Positions 1 through 8,076 of a stretch of DNA of 24,162 nucleotides are shown here, piece after piece. Each line of letters starts with the position of its first letter. Position 1 is the first letter of the stretch. Position numbers and translations under genes: made by a program. The stretch is from IMG/VR virus record IMGVR_UViG_2690316224_000007. One strand, given 5' to 3'. The notes under the pieces were generated by a model. That model searched no databases. It was not told the DNA's origin and was given only the letters and a program-made list of their open reading frames with translations. The stretch comes from a virus (lineage: Duplodnaviria > Heunggongvirae > Uroviricota > Caudoviricetes).

Positions 1-197
1 TTTGTCTCTTCCGGCCAGTTGCGATCCCAGCGGTCAACGGAAAACGCCCAGGCGAGATAAGGCAGCAGATGCACCGGGCAGGTGTCCGGCGACCACAGCG
101 TGTTGAGGTCTACCGGAATGTCTGTAATGCGTGTTCCGACGGCTTCGGCACAACGCATGAAATTGCTGGCTGATGGTGGTAACAACGAATTACTCAT
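1..197 (-). CDS. I: Baseplate protein gpI, N-terminal fragment running off the window start
   Basis: Reverse-strand ATG at 197..195; my translation MSNSLLPPSASNFMRCAEAVGTRITDIPVDLNTLWSPDTCPVHLLPYLAWAFSVDRWDRNWPEETK resembles the gpI N-terminus as I recall it (LAWAFSVDRWD block). Lies immediately downstream of J as in P2; start overlaps the J stop. Confidence 0.65.
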   Translation of the reverse strand, partial: MSNSLLPPSASNFMRCAEAVGTRITDIPVDLNTLWSPDTCPVHLLPYLAWAFSVDRWDRNWPEET

Positions 198-1086
198 TGC
201 GCCCACCTTCGCTGATGGTGAATGACTCACAGCGCGCCGCCTGTATGTCGCTGATGGCCATATTCTGTGTGGGTTCGATTATCTCCACGCGTTGCACACC
301 GTGCACATGCAGTGCGGCAGCAATGGCGGACAACGCCACGTCCTGACCGATAAGCCCCTGCTCAGCCAGCCACTTCCTGAACGACGATTCAGCCGCGGCC
401 AGAATAGGTTCGGATTCCGGGCCGGGGTAAAAGTACAGTTTTGCATTCAGCCGCCATGTCACGATTCTGGCGCTCTGTACGGTCAGGCGGTCGGCCACCG
501 GACGGGTATCCTCTGCATTCAGAACGGCGCGAACGGTATTAAGCAACGCCTCCGTTGCTGTGCCGTCGCCTTCAGTGGACAGAATGGAAACCGTCACACA
601 GGCCGGAGACGGGCTGATGGCCCGCGCATCACGCACCAGACCGCTGGCGCTGCGTGCAAAATACTCGTATGCACCTGACGGGCCAGCAACACTCAGGCCA
701 TCGTACGCCCGCTGTGCCCGCAGTCTCAGCGAGGTGTCACTTTCCATCACTGCGTCGGTGGTATCCGTTGCCGGAGTGATGGTCAGGCGCTTTGTGTTCA
801 TATTGCCCGCGAGGTTGTCCAGGTCTGTCCCGGCGCTGTGGCTTAACATGCAGGCGCGTGCCCCCTCATTGACCCGCTGGCGTAACAGCATTTCACGAAA
901 CGCTGTTGTCTGGGCGATAACGTTCAGGGGTTCCGATTCCAGCTCCAGCGCGGCGGAGACGGCTTCACGCTGTTCGGCGGGATAAGCCGCAATCATCATG
1001 GCCTTTGTGTCAGCCAGAATTGCCTCAAAGTCAGGCTCCGCGATGATGGCGGGTTCCGGTAACTGGGAAAGGTCAACGGCGGGCAT
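190..1086 (-). CDS. J: Baseplate assembly protein gpJ
   Basis: 298-aa ORF; size and position (after W, before I) match P2 J. AAGGAG SD 7 nt upstream of ATG at 1086. Confidence 0.88.
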   Translation of the reverse strand: MPAVDLSQLPEPAIIAEPDFEAILADTKAMMIAAYPAEQREAVSAALELESEPLNVIAQTTAFREMLLRQRVNEGARACMLSHSAGTDLDNLAGNMNTKRLTITPATDTTDAVMESDTSLRLRAQRAYDGLSVAGPSGAYEYFARSASGLVRDARAISPSPACVTVSILSTEGDGTATEALLNTVRAVLNAEDTRPVADRLTVQSARIVTWRLNAKLYFYPGPESEPILAAAESSFRKWLAEQGLIGQDVALSAIAAALHVHGVQRVEIIEPTQNMAISDIQAARCESFTISEGGRNE

Positions 1087-1089
1087 GAT

Positions 1090-1440
1090 TTACTCCTTCA
1101 GCGTGATGGTTAACTCAACATTCTGCATGGTCTGCATGACAGTGCCCGACAGCGTCACCCCGGCGCGGCCTCCCGCTTTCCAGACAACGTCGATGGCGTC
1201 CAGGGCAATGCGGGGTTCCCATCGTGTCAGCGCAATCACGGCAGCACTCATGCATTGCAGACGAGTTGTGTTATTCATGGGTTCGTCAATCAAATCAGGC
1301 ACAAGGCTGCCATATTCCCGTCGCATAACCCGGCTTGCCAGCGGGGTGATCAGGATGTCCCTGACTGACTGTTTCAGGTGCTCCATATCGTTCAGGTTTC
1401 CCGTCCCGTCCGGATTCATTCCTGTGTAGCGGGTTGTCAC
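1090..1440 (-). CDS. W: Baseplate wedge protein gpW (GPW/gp25 family)
   Basis: 116-aa ORF beginning (GTG) TTRYTGMNPDG, close to the P2 W N-terminus MTARYLGMN as recalled. GTGA start overlaps the V stop. Confidence 0.88.
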   Translation of the reverse strand: MTTRYTGMNPDGTGNLNDMEHLKQSVRDILITPLASRVMRREYGSLVPDLIDEPMNNTTRLQCMSAAVIALTRWEPRIALDAIDVVWKAGGRAGVTLSGTVMQTMQNVELTITLKE

Positions 1441-2018
1441 TGCGGGCCTCCTGTCGAATCGCTGCCACCTTTAACGCCACCGTGCTTATGCGTATGCACT
1501 GTGATGCCGTTTGAGGTGAAATCGCCGCCGCTGTGCGTGATATTGCCGCTCATCTTTCCCCCTTTTGTGACGTCAAGCGTCGCTGTTCTCAGAAGGTCTG
1601 TGCATTCCACGACGGGCGTATCCAGTGTCACGCTGACGGATGCCTGCAGGGTGGCTGTTTTCATGCCGCTGGCGCTCAGTGCGCCTGCGTCCGTGTCGTA
1701 GCGGAACACCGCGCCATCCGGCGCGCTGATCACGATTTCTTTCAGGCTTTTGCCGGGGGCCGGACTGGCATCACTCCACAGGCTGCCAATTATCATGGCG
1801 GTTTCCGGGTTGCCGCCAATGCAGGCAATTACCACCTGTTCGCCTGGTGATGGCGGCAGCCACACATTGAAGGCTCCCGCGCGCGTGGTGTTCCAGCGCA
1901 GCCAGCCTGTTTCCAGTTCGCCGCTGCGAACGCGCACGCACCAGGATTCCTCATCAACTTCAGAGATGATCCCGGTACGGATGATGTTGCTCAGCAGTCG
2001 CATGAGTTCTGCGCTCAC
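1437..2018 (-). CDS. V: Baseplate hub/spike protein gpV
   Basis: 193-aa ORF with IRTGII...GNPETA...HTHKHGG blocks matching P2 V as recalled. Probable GTG start at 2018 in a GTGA overlap with the S stop. Confidence 0.88.
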   Translation of the reverse strand: MSAELMRLLSNIIRTGIISEVDEESWCVRVRSGELETGWLRWNTTRAGAFNVWLPPSPGEQVVIACIGGNPETAMIIGSLWSDASPAPGKSLKEIVISAPDGAVFRYDTDAGALSASGMKTATLQASVSVTLDTPVVECTDLLRTATLDVTKGGKMSGNITHSGGDFTSNGITVHTHKHGGVKGGSDSTGGPQ

Positions 2019-2659
2019 CGTACAGCCTCCGCAATCCGGCCCAGCACCGTGTTATAAATCAGGCGCTCATCTGCCTGGCTGATACCCAGCAGCTCACGTA
2101 CCGGGTAATCGGTGAAAATGCCCGGCGCAACCTGATCGCGCTCACCGAACTGATGAACGCGTGCAATACGTGCGGCCACGCCGCTGTAACCCACCGTCAC
2201 ACCGGAAGCATCTGCACGGGCTTTCAGGTAGCGGGCGGTGCGCAGTTTTACGAACATGGGGACGCGCTTTGTGCTGTCCTGGTTGATGCGCCGGGTGCGT
2301 ATTTCCAGAAAACGGTCGATGTCATCCCGGTAAAACGTGCGGATATTGTTTTTATCCTCATCCCACCCGGTAATGGTTCGCCCGTATTTCCCCGTGTCGT
2401 GATGCCAGTTTTTCAGCGTGCGTGCTTCGTTATTCCAGATAAAGCGAATGCGCTCCTGTATCCGGGTTACGCGGCGTCTGCGTGGTGTCCATGCGGTCCC
2501 GTCCGGCGCTTTCTGTGACCGGATGCGCGCCTGCTGGGCGCGGCGTAAATCCTGTGCCAGCTTTCTGGCGATGTTATTGATGGCCTGCTGATTCAGGCTG
2601 TCGCGGATGGCCTCAAAGGTTTCATCCACGCGGGTGAATGCCTTATCCATCGCTTTCAC
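2015..2659 (-). CDS. S: Tail completion / virion morphogenesis protein (gpS position)
   Basis: 214-aa ORF between R and V in P2 order. Longer than P2 S, so the start is uncertain (alternative ATG at 2650); overlaps the R stop. Confidence 0.7.
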   Translation of the reverse strand: MKAMDKAFTRVDETFEAIRDSLNQQAINNIARKLAQDLRRAQQARIRSQKAPDGTAWTPRRRRVTRIQERIRFIWNNEARTLKNWHHDTGKYGRTITGWDEDKNNIRTFYRDDIDRFLEIRTRRINQDSTKRVPMFVKLRTARYLKARADASGVTVGYSGVAARIARVHQFGERDQVAPGIFTDYPVRELLGISQADERLIYNTVLGRIAEAVR

Positions 2660-3110
2660 CCCACGTCACATCCTGGAATACATGCGACCAGTCGCCTTCG
2701 GAAGATGGCAGGCGGGGTTTTGGCTCCGGCAGGTGTTCTGCCTGCGGTGTGCCCTGACTGCTGCGCGTGATGCGAACGCGTTCCCGCAGGGGGAGCGTAA
2801 ACAGGAGATCGGCGCTGTCATCGTCATTGATAACGGCGGAAAATTTGATGTCCTGATTACGCTCAGGGTTGAGCAACAACTGTGGCTGATTTTCGGATAA
2901 CCACGCCAGCAGCGGCAGCGTGAGGTCGTCCAGCTCCCCGGCGTAATCCATGACAAACATCACCATCTGATAGCGGTAAACAAACGAGGGCGTTTCTCCG
3001 GTCGTTTCAATGTTGCCGCTCTCCACGAAAATGGTGAATTTTTCCGGGTTGGCCTGACACCATCGGCATGAACGGGTCATGGCTTCACGCAGGGAATCAG
3101 TTTTCAGCAT
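2643..3110 (-). CDS. R: Tail completion protein gpR
   Basis: 155-aa ORF, same length as P2 R, N-terminus MLKTDSLREAM, located after the lysis genes and before S. Confidence 0.8.
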   Translation of the reverse strand: MLKTDSLREAMTRSCRWCQANPEKFTIFVESGNIETTGETPSFVYRYQMVMFVMDYAGELDDLTLPLLAWLSENQPQLLLNPERNQDIKFSAVINDDDSADLLFTLPLRERVRITRSSQGTPQAEHLPEPKPRLPSSEGDWSHVFQDVTWGESDG

Positions 3111-3417
3111 GGTTGTTGTCCTCGTTGTTCAGTCGTTGCAGTCTGCGCTGTTCCAGTAATTCAATGGCCCGTTTATCCGCGTTACAGGTTTCCAGTGCAT
3201 CCAGAAGGCGGTCGCCCCATATACCGAGATTTCCCCATGTGGGAGTGTCAGGGAAGGGGGGAGGCGTTACCGGTATGGTCAGCGTCTGCGGTATAAGCCG
3301 GACTGACGGCGCTGGCCGTGGCGCGTTCTGCGTGCCTGCGCAACCTGTCAGTAAAACGAGCATCAGGCAAAGCGTGGGCGCATTCATCTTTTGCAATATC
3401 GTTGCGTAGCTGTTCAC
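3097..3417 (-). CDS. lysC: Rz1/LysC-like o-spanin (outer-membrane lipoprotein)
   Basis: Signal peptide plus lipobox LLTGC followed by a proline-rich mature region. Starts inside the i-spanin gene in another frame and runs past its stop into the start of R (overlapped spanin architecture). True start may be the internal ATG near 3387. Confidence 0.7.
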   Translation of the reverse strand: MNSYATILQKMNAPTLCLMLVLLTGCAGTQNAPRPAPSVRLIPQTLTIPVTPPPFPDTPTWGNLGIWGDRLLDALETCNADKRAIELLEQRRLQRLNNEDNNHAEN

Positions 3418-3655
3418 GTCTGGCTTCTCCGTCCTGATTGCGTTGCTGATTTTCCACGCGGAGTTGCGCCAGCACCTGCTGCATATCCTGTACCCCGGTG
3501 CTGATGATATTCAGGGTGTCGACGGTACTTTTCAGGGTGCTGGCCTGCGCTTCGTTTCTGGCGTTCTCCCGGCCCAGCGACCACGACAGACGTATGGATG
3601 TTCCCCATGCGGCAATCAGAAGGAAAGCGACACCCAGCGTGGGCCAGAGCTTCAT
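3248..3655 (-). CDS. lysB: Rz/LysB-like i-spanin
   Basis: Uses the internal ATG at 3655 (MKLWPTLGVAFLLIAAWG: N-terminal transmembrane helix, then a coiled-coil-like Q/R/E-rich region); that ATG forms an ATGA overlap with the endolysin stop. The track ORF extends to 3799 with no supporting signal. Confidence 0.7.
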   Translation of the reverse strand: MKLWPTLGVAFLLIAAWGTSIRLSWSLGRENARNEAQASTLKSTVDTLNIISTGVQDMQQVLAQLRVENQQRNQDGEARREQLRNDIAKDECAHALPDARFTDRLRRHAERATASAVSPAYTADADHTGNASPLP

Positions 3656-4044
3656 GCCGGATAGGCTCCGTGTGGTAACTGAAAATGCGGTCCGTCTTTC
3701 AGGGTCTTCCAGTCGCCGCCCCATTCCACCGGAATATTCAGTTCCCGGCTGGCCTGTCTGAATGCTGCTGCGATTTTTTCGTACAGCGACCATTCCCATG
3801 ACACCTGGCTGCCGATATAAGCCACAACATCCACGGCATGCCCCGTAAGGTGGCGGCTGTTCATGGTCTGGCTCTTACCCGTGGCCACCAGTTGCTTCTG
3901 GCGGTAACGGCTGCGCAACCCTTCGGTGATACCAAAATCCACTTCCGAGATTTCCAGTGCCCGTCGGGTCACTTTCACCAGATCAGGATTTACGCCCTGC
4001 AAATTCTTTTCGCTCCGGCTGCTGAATTTAAATGTGTTGCTCAT
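3652..4044 (-). CDS. Endolysin, peptidase M15 family (L-alanyl-D-glutamate or D-Ala-D-Ala peptidase type)
   Basis: 130-aa ORF with the zinc-ligand pattern SRHLTGHAVDV (H-x6-D) and a C-terminal GPHFQLPHG His, typical of small phage M15 endolysins. Sits in the lysis cassette between holin and spanins; ATGA overlap with the holin stop at 4041-4044. Confidence 0.78.
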   Translation of the reverse strand: MSNTFKFSSRSEKNLQGVNPDLVKVTRRALEISEVDFGITEGLRSRYRQKQLVATGKSQTMNSRHLTGHAVDVVAYIGSQVSWEWSLYEKIAAAFRQASRELNIPVEWGGDWKTLKDGPHFQLPHGAYPA

Positions 4045-4364
4045 TCGTCCTTCTCCTTCACCCTGCGATTAAAGGCCGCAATAACCTTGTCGCGTGCTTT
4101 CTCTGCCCCCATAAAACCGATTGATGCGCCGATAAACGTCACGGCATCTTCAGGAAAACCGAAGAAGCGCAACGACCCGGCCACGGCCATGGCAAGAACG
4201 CCGCACGCCAGCGATCCCGTTACGGTCTGAACCAGTGTTCGTCCGTCATAAAGACTCATCAGCGCGGAAATGCTGACCGCCGCGCCTACTGCATACACCG
4301 TTGGCAGGTGGTCAAAGAGCCATGCAATAACCTGCTCTGTGATCCCTGTTTGAATGGTGCTCAC
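4041..4364 (-). CDS. Holin (class II-like, about 107 aa)
   Basis: Probable GTG start at 4364 preceded by a GGGGGGAG SD that lies in the 3' end of X. Product has two or three hydrophobic helices and a charged C-terminal tail (RRVKEKDE). The track's longer 180-aa ORF overlaps X out of frame and is discounted. Confidence 0.62.
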   Translation of the reverse strand: MSTIQTGITEQVIAWLFDHLPTVYAVGAAVSISALMSLYDGRTLVQTVTGSLACGVLAMAVAGSLRFFGFPEDAVTFIGASIGFMGAEKARDKVIAAFNRRVKEKDE

Positions 4365-4366
4365 TG

Positions 4367-4567
4367 CTACTCCCCCCACAACTGAATCATTTCTCGTTTC
4401 TTCTTCTCCGGCTCCGGCATCTCCACTTCCTGCCCGGCGTCCAGAAATACCTGCTGACAGAGTCCGGGGTTGGCATCCAGCACCTTTTCGGTGACGCCCT
4501 GCGTCGTGCCGTAGTACCGGAAACAGAGCGAATCCACGGTGTCGCCTTCCAGTGCCTTTACTTTCAT
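4367..4567 (-). CDS. X: Tail protein X
   Basis: 66-aa product from ATG at 4567 (MKVKALEGDTVDSLCFRYYG...), in a TGATG overlap with the L stop. Size and position match P2 X. Confidence 0.8.
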   Translation of the reverse strand: MKVKALEGDTVDSLCFRYYGTTQGVTEKVLDANPGLCQQVFLDAGQEVEMPEPEKKKREMIQLWGE

Positions 4568-5070
4568 CAGCACAACTCCGCAAAGATTCGCGGACGGCAC
4601 AGAATGTCAGAGATGGCCCAGCTCACATCACGCCACAAATCCGATGTCTGTATATCCAGTGCGTCCGCCCGGCGGTCGCCCTTGTCCGTTGTGTCCGCAT
4701 CGCGGTAACGCTCCAGAATCAGGGCGCGTGTGGCGGTGTAAACCGCATTGCGCCAGTGCCAGAGATTGACGCTTTCTCCGTTAATTACGGGTGCCGGAAC
4801 ATCGGCCAGCGTCTGATGGCCAGCCGCCTGCTGTTCCTGCTGCCATGCTTCCAGCTCGCGGGTAACATGTGCCACAGCCCCGGTGGCGGTATGCAGCAGA
4901 CGGGAGGTGGTCACACGGCCCGGCAGTCGTACCGCCAGACGCAGCTCACGCAGCACAATATCCGGCCAGAATGCACCCGCTGAAATACGGGTATCACCAT
5001 CATCGGTATCGGTGATGTCGTCCTCTGCGGGGCCGGGGTTGGTTCTGGCAACCATACTCATGGGGTTCAC
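4567..5070 (-). CDS. L: Head completion/stabilisation protein gpL
   Basis: 167-aa ORF between M and X; length and position as P2 L. Confidence 0.82.
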   Translation of the reverse strand: MNPMSMVARTNPGPAEDDITDTDDGDTRISAGAFWPDIVLRELRLAVRLPGRVTTSRLLHTATGAVAHVTRELEAWQQEQQAAGHQTLADVPAPVINGESVNLWHWRNAVYTATRALILERYRDADTTDKGDRRADALDIQTSDLWRDVSWAISDILCRPRIFAELC

Positions 5071-5163
5071 TCCTGAAAAAAATCGGGCGGTGGGTGCGCG
5101 GTGTAAACGGTCACGGAGTCAAACCGGAACACCGCGCACGCCGCCCGCTGACGGGGTCAGTCG

Positions 5164-5964
5164 TTAACCGCGCTTCGCCTTCTGCGTCGCGGTGGTTTTT
5201 CGTGTTGCAGGCTTCCGCGTTGTCTTTTTACTTTTGCTGCTTTCGTCCTGCGCCTGCTGTGCGCTGGCGTCTTCTGGTTCGGCTGCGGAATCGGCTTTTT
5301 TCAGGGCGCGGGAAAGGGTTGCAATCTCGCGTTTCACACCTGCATTCGGGTTCAGGTGCATTGCTTCGCGCAGCAGCTTCAGTGACAGGGCCATGCTGTC
5401 CGCATCACTCAGGCCACGACGGGCAAAGGCGCACGCCTTGCATAATTTGGCGCGCACTTCGTCCGGCATGTCCTGGTCGGTGACAATCTCCCGGAGGGTA
5501 TCCAGTGGTTCGATAAAGGCGGACAAATCCGCGTCGGCATCCGTCCCGGCCTGCGTCAGTACCGGGTTGCAGATTTCTTCGGTCAGCACTGTGGCAGCAG
5601 TACGGCCAAAGTTATCCGGCATAATGAGGTTATGACGGACCACATACGCACCAATACGCAACGCCAGCGGAAGATCGCCGCAGTCAATCGCCCACACCAT
5701 CAGCGTGGCAATCACTTCATCCTGCTGCCCGCCGTCAGCCTCCAGCGTTCCCTCAATCCAGCCGGAAAAGTCCGGCAACAACTCTTTTTTGATGGCGGCT
5801 TTCGCGCTTCTGGCCTGTACGCCCTTAAGCCGGGCCTGTGCCAGACGCAGACGATACAGCACCTCTTCATGCGCGGTACGCGCGGCGTGGTCCACGCCTT
5901 CATTCGCCCGGCCTGCGCGCTGTGCCATCACGTTCTGCCAGTGTTGCTGTGCAGGAGTAATCAT
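5164..5964 (-). CDS. M: Terminase endonuclease (small) subunit gpM
   Basis: 266-aa ORF after N in P2 order, with a basic Lys/Arg/Thr-rich C-terminal tail. Confidence 0.82.
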   Translation of the reverse strand: MITPAQQHWQNVMAQRAGRANEGVDHAARTAHEEVLYRLRLAQARLKGVQARSAKAAIKKELLPDFSGWIEGTLEADGGQQDEVIATLMVWAIDCGDLPLALRIGAYVVRHNLIMPDNFGRTAATVLTEEICNPVLTQAGTDADADLSAFIEPLDTLREIVTDQDMPDEVRAKLCKACAFARRGLSDADSMALSLKLLREAMHLNPNAGVKREIATLSRALKKADSAAEPEDASAQQAQDESSKSKKTTRKPATRKTTATQKAKRG

Positions 5965-6009
5965 TTTTTCTCTCCGTTACAGGCGGGCATGATGCCCGCT
6001 GTGAGTTGA

Positions 6010-7062
6010 TTAGCTGTCGGCGAACTTCAGGCCAGTGACCATCGCGCACTTGCCATAGTCTTCAACGACATAAGCGTCATTGATGGACTGGTAGGTGGCG
6101 ATGCGGTTGTATTCCGGTTCGTCTTTCATCAGACGACGCATTGAACCTTTCTGCCAGTAAATCGACAGGTTGTTGAACGAGGTGATCAGCATCGTTGCAT
6201 CCGGGAAGAACGGCGCAAGGAACACACCCAGCCCGCCAATGGTGCGCGATGACAGGATGAGCTGTCCGGCGAGTAATTCCGCATTGGGATTCTGGCCGCT
6301 GATGCTGTTCAGCACGGGCAGACGCAGCGAGTTAAACAGGTTGCGCCCCATAATCACCACGAGGTCGTCAGCTTCCTTGTGCCATTCATCCAGCAGGGAT
6401 GAGCGTGCGTCCTGAACCAGTGCATCAGCGTTCGCATACTTACCCGCGTGCGCCACGGTGTTGTCCATGTTGCGGGAGGTCAGCGTCACGTCATTCATTA
6501 CGCGCGCGCTGGCATTGGTTCTGATGTGCTCCAGCCACCCCACGTTAACGTCCTGAAGCAGCTTGTTGGTGCTGAAGTTGGATTTTTCCGCGTGTGACGT
6601 GCCGTTAAAGCCGATCATGATGCGGTCAAGCGCCACCTGTCGGGCAATCTGTGCGCTGATGCGGGTCTGGAAGTCATTGTGCGCCGCCCAGGCATCAAGC
6701 TGCGGATACGAAATAAACGTGTCGTAGTTCACCTGCTCACACTGGTACTGACGGGACTTCAGGTCGACAGCGTTAATCGGGTTGCGGCGATCTGTGCCGT
6801 CATAACTGGTATTTGTGCGCGCAATCGGCCCGGTGGTGTCCATGAGGACTTTTTCGCCTTTCTGGTCGGTCACACCGATCACGTTAATTTTTTTTGTAAG
6901 TTCGGTGCTATCCTTTGAGGCGTTTTCAAAACGCTGCTGCACCGAGGGTTCCACGGTAAATCGCGATACCAGCCCAGAAACCGGGATATTGTTAATCGAC
7001 GCCTGTCGCGTCATGTAGCAGCCCAGCTTGTTACGGGCATTATCTGACATCACCAGATTCAT
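6010..7062 (-). CDS. N: Major capsid protein gpN
   Basis: 350-aa ORF sharing blocks with P2 N as recalled (FTVEPSV, GFNG, VGWL, PFFPDATMLIT, NLSIYWQ, YVVEDY). AAGGAG SD upstream of ATG at 7062. Confidence 0.9.
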   Translation of the reverse strand: MNLVMSDNARNKLGCYMTRQASINNIPVSGLVSRFTVEPSVQQRFENASKDSTELTKKINVIGVTDQKGEKVLMDTTGPIARTNTSYDGTDRRNPINAVDLKSRQYQCEQVNYDTFISYPQLDAWAAHNDFQTRISAQIARQVALDRIMIGFNGTSHAEKSNFSTNKLLQDVNVGWLEHIRTNASARVMNDVTLTSRNMDNTVAHAGKYANADALVQDARSSLLDEWHKEADDLVVIMGRNLFNSLRLPVLNSISGQNPNAELLAGQLILSSRTIGGLGVFLAPFFPDATMLITSFNNLSIYWQKGSMRRLMKDEPEYNRIATYQSINDAYVVEDYGKCAMVTGLKFADS

Positions 7063-7085
7063 AAAAAATTTGCTCCTTTGTCTTA

Positions 7086-7922
7086 TCAGAAGTCAGCCAG
7101 CTGGTCGGAGGCTGCGCCCGTTGCGGTGAACCGGTTCTGCGGATCGCCGTCCTGCGTGCGCAGTTTTTCCTTCAGTGCTGTCAGCTCTGTGGTCAGCGAA
7201 GTGATTTTCTGGCTGTCCTGCTGATGGCGGGTTTCCAGTGCATTAAAACGGTCGATAATATCGGCCTGTGACGTTGCGACACCTTCCACCGCTTCCTGAA
7301 TACGGGAGAAACTGGCGTCATCCGCTTTGCGGCCACGGCCAATAATCCCCATAACGCGGTTAAACCACTGGGTGCCTTCTTCCTGACGTTGTTCGGTGAG
7401 TTCGATAAGTTCTGACTCCATAGCGGCGGTGAACATCGCCACGTCTCCCTGCTGACAGTTGAATGTCATCAGTTGCATACGTTGTTGTGCCGCAAAGGCC
7501 AGACGTTCCGTGCCCAGGCTGGCGGGGGTGTCGGTCATTGCCAGCCCGCGCAGGTAAGGGCCTCCCGTGATGGTTGACTGTGGTTCCAGCTCAATACTGG
7601 AGTAAATTTTTTTACCATCGTTAAGCAGGGACATCATGCGAGCGGTCGGCTCAATTTCGGCATACAGTGCCGTGCGGCCTGCCAGCGGGCCATCGGTTAT
7701 GTCTTCGGTGCTCAACCCCACAACATCGCCCATAGCGGAAAACTCGCTACCGGGGAGTGGTGACAGGATGTGCTCAATATTCACACGTGCACCATAAACG
7801 GACGGGTTATAACTGGTGGCGGCAGCTTTCAGCATGTCGCCGTTGATTTCGCGCCCGTCTGCCGTCACACCGGAGACAGCCACGCGAAACTTTTTGCGGG
7901 ATGTCTTTTTTTCATTAGTCAT
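7086..7922 (-). CDS. O: Capsid scaffolding protein gpO
   Basis: Start chosen at ATG 7922 (MTNEKKTSRKKFRVAVSG), which has an AGAGGGG SD 8 nt upstream; the longer track start at 7955 has no SD. Product has the P2 O-like DPASLGTE block and a coiled-coil C-terminus. Confidence 0.82.
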   Translation of the reverse strand: MTNEKKTSRKKFRVAVSGVTADGREINGDMLKAAATSYNPSVYGARVNIEHILSPLPGSEFSAMGDVVGLSTEDITDGPLAGRTALYAEIEPTARMMSLLNDGKKIYSSIELEPQSTITGGPYLRGLAMTDTPASLGTERLAFAAQQRMQLMTFNCQQGDVAMFTAAMESELIELTEQRQEEGTQWFNRVMGIIGRGRKADDASFSRIQEAVEGVATSQADIIDRFNALETRHQQDSQKITSLTTELTALKEKLRTQDGDPQNRFTATGAASDQLADF

Positions 7923-7955
7923 AGTTTTTGCCCCTCTGACTGGTTCTTCAGTCAT

Positions 7956-8076
7956 GATGGCAAAGCGTAACAGGCTGATACAAAGGGCTTTTGTTGTAAG
8001 AAAACAGTCAGAACAGGGGGTTAAGGAGAACGGTTTCGCGCGCGGGTAATCTTCCTGTAATTACTCAGGGGGAGCA
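7956..8076. promoter_or_regulatory. Divergent late promoter region between O (minus) and P (plus)
   Basis: 121-bp intergenic between divergently transcribed O and P, as at the P2 late promoters; GGGGGAG SD before the P ATG. I could not find a clean TGT-N12-ACA activator dyad by eye. Confidence 0.35.

Noticed and set aside
3443-3761. Plus-strand ORFs of 73 and 87 aa antisense to the spanin/endolysin genes
   Set aside because: Antisense to a tightly packed, translationally coupled lysis cassette and lacking translation signals.
7956-8076. Ogr-type TGT-N12-ACA late-promoter dyad in the O/P divergent region
   Set aside because: Only imperfect TGT..ACA combinations with other spacings were seen around 7990..8015, so no specific activator site is called.
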